Below are positions 53,436 to 64,000 of a stretch of DNA of 64,000 nucleotides, in pieces (position 1 is the first letter of the stretch; each line of letters opens with the position of its first letter). This stretch comes from Octopus vulgaris. Taxonomy: Eukaryota. Below the pieces are notes generated by a model. That model saw nothing but the letters and a program-made list of their open reading frames with translations, did no database searches and had not been told where the DNA came from. The DNA is taken from the NCBI GenBank assembly GCA_951406725.2, contig OX597820.1:42346001-42410000 (forward strand), in the 5' to 3' direction. Both the position numbers and the translations under genes were made by a program.

Positions 53436-55246
53436 TGTATACTAATATATCTTGTAGATATATGAGAGTATTTGTGTGTGCGTTTGTGTGTGCATGAGTG
53501 TGTGATTTGCGTGCGCGCAGGTAAGTATATGTATTTGTGTACACATGTATGCGTCTATATATCTATGAATATATATACGCATGCGCACAAAGATGCATGC
53601 ATACATATATACGTATATGCATACATAAATTCATTTATAAGTATGTTGATATTTATGTATATATGGAAACGTTTGTATGTATCTAAATTTCTGTCATAAA
53701 TCGAAGAATGCCATAAATTTGTGCGCAAGTGAGTGAGTGTTTGTGCGTGCGCGCGTGTGTGTGTGTTTGTGCATGTGTGTGTACGTGTGTGTGTGTGTGA
53801 GTGTGTGTGTGTGTGCATGTGTGCGTGGGCACGATGTGAACCCTGCCGAGTTGTATTTGAAAATTGATTTGTGAGATCGTGTTTCGAAACATAAAAAAAA
53901 AAAAGAAAAATTATAGTGGAATGGCATCTCAGTAAGCTGGAAAAAACAGTTTTCGCACTGAAGTAACGGGAATTCTGTAGTCAACGTGTAACTCAAGTAT
54001 TTAGTATAATTCTTCAACAACTGCCAAAATAACAATCGCTGATCAAACTTGATGTACTATATTCAAATCATAACGTAATGCAACAAAGCGATTCAAAATC
54101 CTGTGATGTAGATCAGCAAAATCACTTGAGCATCGGACGATGTGGAAGTTCTATTTATTTGCGACACTTCACTGAATGAATCCCAATTTCGCCGAAATCA
54201 GCTTTGCTCGCTATCCAACTAGGGTCGAGAAAATGAAGAATCAGTCAAATACTAGATCGTTTTAACATTCACATCATACACATTTCATGTGGATGTCTTT
54301 GTATTAGAACACTTACGATTATAACTCTCACGTGCGTTGAGCTAGTGTAAGAAGCCATTGCTTGAGCAGAATTCTCGATGGAATTTAACGCTGTGCTGTA
54401 TGATTTTCAATATCTAATTTCACGCCTCGCCGTTCTGCGTTCAAACACCATCGAGACAACTTATACATTTAAACGCATTAGATCAATGAAATGGTTTCCC
54501 TTATTATTCAGGAATTAAATCAATATACTATTCTTGTCTTCTCTAGATGCTTGGCCTTGAGCCTAAACAGGTATTTCGCCACCCACAAACATATGTATGT
54601 ATGCAAAGATAACTACACGCGCGTGTGCACGCACACCCAAACTCAGACACACATATACACACATACACAGACAGGTAGCTATTTCTATATGTGTATACTG
54701 TATGCGTAAAATATATATATATCCATATACGCACACACAAACACTCACACACACACACACACATATATATATATGTATGTATGTATATGTATGTATATAT
54801 ATATATATACATACCTAAATATTTATGTGTGTGGGTGTGTAAGACGAAGGCAGAAAGGGAGAGAGAATAACACACACACGCAAATATATATATATATATA
54901 TATATACTCACACAAACTAGTATAACTCATTACTCTACTGACCCGTTTACTATCAAATATATCAATAAGAAAAATAAGATTAATAACGAATAATAATCTT
55001 CAAACAAAACGGTACAACGATAACCTGTTCATCTGGCAATGAGATTTAGTCTATTCATCATTTCATTTGGAATCCAGTCGAGAACAAATGGTAATCAAAT
55101 CTTGAACCAAGCTGTAGTATAATTTCCTTTGAAGCTAACTGAATGGTAAGTTATTTCGTTGCTGCTTCCAAAGGTGCCGCAAAAATCAGGAAAAACGTTA
55201 CTTTGTTCTAATTAAATCGACCATTCACGCGAGTGGATATTTATAT

Positions 55247-55343
<97 letters not shown>

Positions 55344-55344
55344 G

Positions 55345-55399
<55 letters not shown>

Positions 55400-55443
55400 G
55401 TGTGATTATATGCATGTGTGTGTGAGTGTATATGTATATATAC

Positions 55444-55486
<43 letters not shown>

Positions 55487-55795
55487 AGTGTTGTATGTAT
55501 TTGTCTGTGCATCTCTGTGGGAAGGTTTACCTACGTTATCGTGTGCGTGTATGTATATATGTGTGTGTATGTGTGTGCGCTCGCGTGCGCGTGTGTGTAA
55601 TCTATAATGTATATATTCATGCATGTGCATGTATGTACGCTTGTATTTATGCGTGTATGTGTGTATGTTTGCGTATATTCCTATGCAATAACTTTCATAT
55701 TTGCAAACAGAAGTGCGTTATTCCTGATTTAAATCCATTTGAACTCAATTCCCCTTTTGAAAGGAGACTATGAAAATCGAAATATGTTTTTCTTT

Positions 55796-56113
55796 TATAG
55801 ATGTGGCGTAAGAATTGAGATCTGAGTGAATAGCTTACGTAAACCGGTTTGGCATTCTTTCGCTTGCTTCGCTAATGTAAGAGAACAACGCACAAACGCA
55901 TTTGGTTTATATCTCTGAAGATACACAGTTATTCAGAAACCTATATAATTGTTGTTATTATTCAAATCTTCTTGAATTAGATGCTGTATAAAAGTAATCG
56001 TTGTTCCTTTAAACCTTCTTGAAATATGCACTAATCGCCGAGATTCATCGAATTGTCATCAATTGTTCGGCAAAATCATTTCTCTGAAATTTATTATATA
56101 CGTCGAAGAAAGC
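55796..56113 (+). pseudogene. Decayed TLR juxtamembrane + TIR fragment
   Basis: Single frame with stops: YRCGVRIEI*V...VWHSF...EQRTNAFGLY...LEICTNRRD...GKIIS..IIYVEES, resembling YR..EI.V...WHPF...YDAF.SY...LCxHxRDF..G..I..NI...VEES. Confidence 0.45.
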
Positions 56114-56367
56114 ATTATTATGAAATAGAATTATATTCACCCACTATAAATACACACACACACACCACCACCACCACCACCACCACCACCACCACCACCA
56201 TCACCACCACCACACCACAGTACACCACACAAACACATAAACACATATACATATACACGTACACATACATGCACATATGTAAAGATAGCTAAATAGATAA
56301 AGATAGATAGACAGACAGACAGATAGATATCAATGTTTATACAGATAAGTATTTATATATACATGTA

Positions 56368-56526
56368 TGCATGCCGCTATGCTGTAAGAAGCTTGCTTCC
56401 CAACCACATGGTTCCAGGTTCAGTCCTACTGCTTGGCAGCTTTGGCAAGTGTTTTCTGCTATTGCCTCGGGCCGACCAAAGCTTCGTGAGTAGTTAAGGT
56501 AGATGGAAACTGAGAGAACACTGTTG

Positions 56527-56581
<55 letters not shown>

Positions 56582-56798
56582 CTGCACGTGTGTGTATGTG
56601 TGTGTAAATGTGTGTGTCAACCGGTGTTGGCGTGTTTATGTCGCCGTAACTTAGCGGTTCGGTAAAATGTCCCGAGAAAATAAGTAATAGGCTTAAGAAA
56701 TAAGTCTTAGGGTCGATTTGTTCGACTAAAATCATTCAAGGCGGTGCTCCAGCATAGCCGCAGTCAAATGACTGAAACAAAAAAAGAAAAGAAAAGAA
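56368..56798 (+). mobile_element. SINE family A
   Basis: Full body and tail GGCGGTGCTCCAGCATAGCCGCAGTCAAATGACTGAAAC. Confidence 0.9.
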
Positions 56799-56814
56799 TA
56801 GTTTTATATATATG

Positions 56815-56854
<40 letters not shown>

Positions 56855-56879
56855 GATATATATATATATATATATACAG

Positions 56880-56976
<97 letters not shown>

Positions 56977-57149
56977 ATATACATGTACTTTATGAGTACG
57001 TGAGTGTCCGTGTGCACGCAGGCCTAGTTCTGCACGAGAATGTGTCACAGAGGTATACGTATTCACCTGCCGATAATTTGCGCTCTCGGAGATATTGATT
57101 CTGCCTACCCATAATACCTTTTAATGAACTCTTGACTTTACAAGTCATG

Positions 57150-57490
57150 AAGCATAAATTATTCATCGTTATATAGTTCTGATCATATTTTGCTGTATAT
57201 TGTCTAACGCACCAAGTGTTCGTTGACTAACGATAACCTTCTCCGAAACTATAAATCTGTAATGAATTAGCATTTTGCTATTGTTGTCATTTTATGATGA
57301 CTGGTTGAAACGGTCGATACACATCAGTTATTTTGCTTTCTAATGTTTTTCGCTAGAAAATAACGTATTAATTATACAATGCCTAATTACAGACAAAAAT
57401 GTGTATCAAAGATATTTATAGAAACTACCCATTCGTCTCGGATATCCATCTAGATTCATTTAGTTAATAACTATATTACTTTCGTAGCAA
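57150..57490 (+). pseudogene. Possible decayed TIR domain
   Basis: With about 3 frameshifts: KHKLFI/YSSDHILLYIV*RTK...NYK/HFAIVVIL**LVE/NGRYTSVILLSNVF...SDIHLDSF. Confidence 0.35.
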
Positions 57491-58248
57491 GCGTTAAGAA
57501 ACTATCTTGCGCAAGCAAGCACTCCGAGATCAAATATACCCACTCGTAGGAAACCATCCAAAAATATTCCTGTCACATGCTTTATTTATAATTATAATTG
57601 CTATATTTGCTACATGAATTCCTCAGGTTATGAAAAGCTATTATAAAATATTGACTAACTGGAAGCCAAAAAAGTCTTTCTAAAGTTTTTGATGGTTTAA
57701 TGATGCGAAACATATTGATGACCTACGTTAAACATTCATTTCAGTTTTAATTTCAGAGCTAAACAATTATCGAATTATTTTATCCTTTAATTTGAGGCAT
57801 GATAGATTGTATTAGCGTCAGCAAATAAACCTAAATCTTACTTGTGGGCTGGGTTTACCGTGAATTGAGTGTTTATACTTTGTTAGCTACAAATCATAGG
57901 GAATATGGAAATTCTGTGATGTATAATGCATCTATGGTCAAAGTTCCCTATAAAGTAATTATAGCTAGAACTGGCTCAATAGCAAAATACATGTACCTGC
58001 ACCTTGGCACATACTCACATACACTCACACATACACGCAAACAAACATTAACACAAGCACATATAACCAGTCATATATCTATATCAATGCATAATCTATT
58101 TATAAATATACATACATATATTCCTATTTATATACACATACACTCTCTTTTTCTCTGTATATATACACGAACATGCTAAATATATATGTGTGCATCTGTG
58201 TATCAGTGTATCTGTGTATGTGTGTGTGTGTGTGCATTTATATATCTA

Positions 58249-58442
58249 TACTCTTTTACTCTTTTACTTGTTTCCGTCATTTGACTGCGGCCATGCTGGA
58301 GCACCGCCTTTAGCCGAGCAAATCGACCCTAGAACATATTCTTTGTAAGCCTAGTACTTATTCTATCGGTCACTTTTGCCGAACCGCTAAGTTACGGGGA
58401 TGTAAACACACCAGCATCGGTTATCAAGCGATGTTGGGGGGA

Positions 58443-58528
<86 letters not shown>

Positions 58529-58662
58529 TACGACAGTCGTCTTTCAGTTTCCGTCCACCAAATCCACACACAAGGCTTTGGTCGGCCCGAGACTATTGCA
58601 GGAGACACTTGCCCAAGGTGCCACGCAGTGGGACTGAACCTGGAACCATGTGGTTGGCAAGC
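58249..58662 (-). mobile_element. SINE family A
   Basis: Near-identical to 34836-35237. Confidence 0.95.
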
Positions 58663-60507
58663 ATATCATTGTTTAGTTTCAATTTAAGAGATTTTGCCAA
58701 TAGAGTAAGTGATGGTTTCTAAACTATATCCAACGCTACTACATTGGAATTTCAACAACAGGGTATTTTTGTATATATGCATGTACATGTGCAGGTTTGT
58801 ATGCTTTGCTTTATATTTGTATTCTCATGCATATAGTTGCATGTCGAGACATAACATATATTCTTAAATGATAAACTTCTGGAAAGTTTTACAGATTTTT
58901 ATTGCCCCAGGGATGACTTGGATCTGTACTCTTCAATTCAGCTTTCTCCTTTCTGGTCTTGAGAAGCCTAATTTCTAAGACATAATTTCTAAAGGTTTAT
59001 GCATGTATGTATGTATATGAATGAACAAATGAATGGAATGAATAAATAAATGGAATGAATGAATGAATTATGTGTGTATGTATACATATGTTTGCTTATG
59101 CATATGCACATATAAACACATTCATAATCAATTTGACACGTAGCTTTAAAAATTTTTTGCATGAATTTCGGAGTGAACCGGTGCATTGAAACCAATATCG
59201 GTGTATTTTAGAAAAGATATGGTCTTCTATAAACAATCTTGCTCCGGAATTGTGCCTTGATAGAGAACTTCCTAGGTGCAATCTTATGATTCATGACCGA
59301 AGGGGTGTTTATCCTATAAGTATGTATGTATATATGTATATATGTATGTATGTATGTATTATGTATGTATGTATGTATGTATGTATGTATGTATGTATGT
59401 ATGTATTATGTATGTATTATGTATGTATGTATGTATGCATGTATTTATGTATCAGTGAGAAGAGGTCCTGAATAGAAGTAGTACCCTTGTTGTTTGGAAG
59501 CCACACCTTGCCAGGAATAGTTAGATTGGCAGGCAGCACTGTCCTCATTCCAATCGCAATCATTTCCCTGAGATCTCCTAGCCCCACACCATAGCTGGAG
59601 AGCTAAAACGAGTGAAGCAATGGTGTTAACACTACACCATTGTATGAAAGACTCAATGTATGACTCCATAGGAAGTCGTAGCCTAGGGCAGGGGAACCTG
59701 CTCAGGTCAACGCTCAAGTGCTCGAATTCAGAGCGTGTCTGAAGTGGAGGTTAACATTTATAGGAACGGAGCTGCCAATTTAACTTGCCCACGATACATT
59801 GTTGCCCGTGTTAATATCAAAGAGTGGACAGGTCACAATTTCGCCGACTCACTGAAGGAAACAAAAGACTAAGGTAAGAGGTGAGACCTGGTTGCGACGT
59901 CATCAATGAATGCTTCAACGAGAACACGGTCAAGGTACAGCAAGGAAGGAAGGAAGAAAGGCAGGAAGGAGAGAAGGAAGAAGGAAAGAAAGAAAGAAAG
60001 AAAGAAACGAAGAACGAAAGTAAAACGGGAATTGGAATGATATGTATGTGTGTTTGTATCGTTACATTCACATACATAGATATATGACGTTTGAGAATAA
60101 ATGGAATTGTAAAGAAGTAGACAATTTTAGCCTTGCAGTGAAATATTAAGAAACAATTTACACCATAAATTCTCTGCTTCCGTGGCTCTAAGGTCTCCAT
60201 CCATCGGACAAATTTCAGGTCATCTAAAAGTACCTAGTTCAGAAAGAATGACCGACAATTTCTGACAGCTATTTATTTTCCGGTTATTAAAAAAGGCATA
60301 TCCCTTTTATATATTTTATAAATATAGTATATAGTATATATATAGTAAATCCAAAACAACGAAGAATAAACACAAACAAACAACACGAGGACGTGGTACG
60401 TGGTACGAAGACGCGTAAAGTATTAGCTGACACTCAGGGAAAGAAAGTCCAAGAGAAAAGGAATATGGAGGAAAATACTTCGCCAACGATACACATGCAT
60501 ATATTTC

Positions 60508-60603
<96 letters not shown>

Positions 60604-60667
60604 GTGTGTGTGTGTGTGAAGTATATATATATATATGTGTGTGTATGTATATATATATATATATATA

Positions 60668-61180
60668 TCCTTAAATCCTTAAATCCTTAAAAATGTTTTA
60701 GCATCGAAGGCCGCGGCCATGCTGGGGCACCACCGCTGAATGACTACACTAGATTTGTGAATCCACCTCTGATACGTGGCACTTGATCAACAAGGGAGTT
60801 CGATGCTGCTGCCCGCATCCGTGTCTCCTGTCGTGAGGTAGGTTCATCTGGGACTCCCAACAAGAAGAGATCCAGTTTAGTTTTAAAGAAACCCACATCC
60901 ACACCATGTAAGTCTCTCAGGCATTTAGGGAGGATGTTAAAGAGCTGTGGTCCTCTGAAACCCAAGCTGTTGCAGTATCTGGACCTGTATTTTGATGGTG
61001 ATGTTGGAATCCTTGGCACCACGCAGCGGCGCCCCGTTCTGCGGTTGGAGTAACTTTGAATGCCAAAGTTTGGGACAAGACCCTCCAGGATTTTCCAGAT
61101 GTATATCACTGCATATCTCTTCCCGCCTCCGCTCCAGGGAGAAGAGGTTTAATACCTTCAGTCTTTCCCAGTAGCTGACA
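60668..61180 (-). mobile_element. CR1/L2-type LINE 3' end with (TTTAAGGA)n tail
   Basis: SYWERLKVLNLFSLERRR..IYIWKILEGLVPN...GPQLFNILP...FKTKLD..L..VPDEP...SNSL (ORF 60744-61109); 3' UTR GGTGCCCCAGCATGGCCGC. Confidence 0.92.
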
Positions 61181-61319
61181 TTATCATGAAGAACATTTTA
61201 GTTCCGGTTTCCACCTTTGCGACTTTTTCAACATGTAAAGCATGCAAAACAATTAAATTATGGAAAATTTAAAGAAAAAGTTTTTGGAAATATTTTCATA
61301 CTTTTCAAATACAAGGGAA

Positions 61320-61423
<104 letters not shown>

Positions 61424-61439
61424 TACTGTTGTGAAGGCT

Positions 61440-61850
61440 AGATAAAGACAACCCAAATCTATGAAAATGTCCTAACACAAGACCAAGAAACCCGACAACA
61501 CCACTGAAGCCGTCAGTAAAATATTGCGGAAGACCTAATTATGGTACATGCGTCAAACTAATTGAGGGATCGGAGTTCTCTTTCAAACAAGGTCAACGTT
61601 TTACAGTGGAAAACAACTTCACATGTGCTTCGGAAAACCTAATATATGTATTAACTTGCTGAGTGTGTTGAGAGCAATACATAAGCCAAACCAAAAACAG
61701 GCTACGCTAAAGGATGATACTACATAGATTCCAGATTCAAATTCGGGAATATAGAAAAAATAGCATTCAGTGAACACATCATCGACATATGCGCCACTAA
61801 CGAACAATCCAACTTCAAAAATGACACCACTACAAGGGCCTTAGAATAAT
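61440..61850 (+). mobile_element. Decayed Penelope-like (Neptune-type) GIY-YIG fragment
   Basis: CGRPNYGTC...FTCASENLIYVLTC*VC*EQYISQTKNRLR*RMILHRFQI; Cys-rich linker followed by GIY-YIG motifs. Confidence 0.85.
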
Positions 61851-62045
61851 ACCACGCAAATATTGAAAACGATATATTAAGAAGGGTCACTACTATTATA
61901 ACCACAACTGCTCACTTTTAGGGTGCATGATCATTTAAGAGAATACCATCAACATCGCACTACTGTCATATCACTCCCATATTTTTCTTATTCTCTCTCT
62001 TCTTTTCCAACTCCCTCTTCTTCTTCTTCATCTTCTTCTTCTTCA

Positions 62046-62076
<31 letters not shown>

Positions 62077-62655
62077 CGCCTCCTTCCTCAGCTATTGCTG
62101 CTAAAACAATCAAAGCCAAGAATTCACATCCCTCATGAAATATTCTTTTAGACCTACTACTAGCTACTACCTACAAGCGAGCCTTCACAGGAATAAAAGT
62201 AAGAGAGAGCAAGAGAGAGAGAGAGAGAGATAGAGATAGATAGAGAGAGAGAGAGAGATTGAGAAAAAAGGAAAGGTCCTTTGTATTTCAAAACTATGAA
62301 AACCCACAACTGAGCCTTCACAAGTGTAAAAGAGACAGACAGACAGAAAAAAAAGAAAATATCCCTTGTATTTACAAGAACATTTCATTTAATTTTTCCA
62401 CAATTTAATGGTCTTTCATGCTCTACTGTAGGTTGTAAAAGTCGCAAAGTCTTAAACCGGTACTAAATTGTTCTTCATGATAAAATTATTTTAGCATTTT
62501 ATACCTCGTCTTATTTTCCTTATACATTTGAACTCGTGTGCTAATTTTCTACCTTCTACGTACATTCATATATGCATAGATACATACATACATACATACA
62601 TACATACATACATACATACATGCATACATATATACATACATACATACATATATAC

Positions 62656-62698
<43 letters not shown>

Positions 62699-62701
<3 letters not shown>

Positions 62702-62978
62702 CTTTGACCGACCAGTCCGTCAGGCGTCCATTTGACACCGCTGGTCACAGCACGCTGTCCACTCCTCTTGCCTGGTCGGGACGTCGGCGACTAAACTGAC
62801 AACCCCACCAGGTTCGCTTGGTGAGGAGGGTGCTGTTGGACTCCCTGTGGGATGGAAAAATAAGACCCAACAAAGGGCGGATGAAGTCCTGAAGAGTCGA
62901 CGGCCATCCAACATACCGGCCTGCCCGTCCAGCCAGTGGGATGGCGTCATCTTATGGCTAAAACAGCACGAAGAACGA

Positions 62979-62980
<2 letters not shown>
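62699..62980 (-). mobile_element. Short retroelement insertion with 5' inversion, in (TA)n
   Basis: 62699-62756 is the reverse complement of a tail homologous to 2279-2325; 62929-62973 is in the same sense as 2235-2279. Confidence 0.75.
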
Positions 62981-63020
<40 letters not shown>

Positions 63021-63469
63021 GATGGACTCTCCTGTTGTTAGACGACGTATGAGGGTTCAACAATTTCGACCGTAGGGACGTGTTATTCCGTTCGTGACTT
63101 CTGCCATTAGTGTATCTAAATTGTGTAATTCTCTGTGAAAGTTTTGTGCTGTTGACTCTGAACCTGCTTAGCAGGGGAAGCACCGATTTTAAAAATTCCT
63201 TTTAAGGGGTGAATAGAAATATTTTTACAATTAGTTCTTTTGTAATTTATTTACACATTTTCGCAATTATGGCTTCCAGCCAAAACAGATAACGCCCCCA
63301 ATATCAACAGACTCAACGAGATGTACCAATAAATGATCCCAGCTCTTCCCTGTCGCAAACAGAAGGAAGTGAACACAGAAAATACCCAGAAATATGTATT
63401 AAATTCTACAAGGGACACCCAAATGTACAACAAGGAACAAGAATTTACTGACAATGAAAATGAATTGAG

Positions 63470-64000
63470 CTATCAAACCAGTCCCATGGTTAACTACCAG
63501 AAATCACTGGCCTGGCAGTGTCACCGAGGAGCTCTACCTGTTCGCAATAAACTCTTTAGACACAGATGTGCAGACATACGGATATGTCCGAGATGCGATC
63601 ACAGCAACAAAACTGTTCCGCACGCTATCGTTCAGTATCCGTTGATTCCAGATCTACGGGTTGACGTAGAATACCCACTGTCGCGTCTGGGAGGAGCACA
63701 GTTGTCAAGTGAATATATCATCAAGATTGTCCCACCTCATTCCCTTAGCCGGGAAAGGCAGGAAGCCTTTTTCTCTGCTTGGTGACTATAGTGAAAGAGG
63801 TCTTATGGTTGATGAAAGTGAAAGCAATTAAGACAGGCAACTTTCTCGCTGGCCAATGCTTATTAAATTAATTTTCTTAACATCTCAAAAGAAAAATAAG
63901 GTTAGAGGGAGAGAGATGTTACCGCCGCGTCTGTTCAGGACTAGATGAAAGCAAGTAGCGTGTTCGTTGAGTATAAATGTGGCCGACTTGAACGTACAAC
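63470..64000 (+). mobile_element. Tx1/L1-type LINE C-terminal zinc-knuckle region
   Basis: NYQKSLAWQCHRGALPVRNKLFRH...CPRC...TVPHAI (zf-RVT pattern). Confidence 0.85.

Noticed and set aside
59445-59900. Gene or LINE fragment
   Set aside because: Slightly GC-richer complex sequence, but no motif I can recognise in any frame.
62757-62805. HDV-like ribozyme (CACTCCTCTTG..CTGGTCGG..CTAAACTGACA)
   Set aside because: Only the 3' half is suggestive; P1/P2 partners would lie beyond the inversion junction, so a full fold cannot be supported.

Overview
AT-rich, microsatellite-saturated eukaryotic DNA with no intact protein-coding gene that I can support. The dominant tRNA-derived SINE and the repeat landscape suggest an octopod cephalopod (Octopus-like) genome; this is an inference from recognising the repeats. 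Most ORFs in the supplied track are translations of (TA)n, (TACA)n, (CA)n, (GA)n and triplet repeats. DNA transposons: three decayed mariner elements, a Tigger/pogo-type MITE, a non-autonomous Helitron, a hAT relic and several long foldback elements. Retroelements: a decayed Mag-type Gypsy LTR element, R4/Dong-type, CR1/L2-type, RTE and Tx1-type LINE fragments, Penelope-like GIY-YIG fragments with degenerate hammerhead ribozyme motifs, and more than 15 SINE copies. Most interesting observations: (1) manual translation of the unique DNA between repeats repeatedly gives frameshifted, stop-ridden Toll-like-receptor-like segments (TIR boxes, TM, LRR) on both strands, suggesting a decayed TLR gene cluster; this is unverified and needs a frameshift-aware HMM search; (2) a 34-bp minisatellite apparently amplified from an internal segment of the resident SINE; (3) a twin-priming-type inverted retro-insertion broken at a hairpin that covaries with the hairpin of a second SINE family; (4) Penelope endonuclease relics with hammerhead relics that the ORF track missed.
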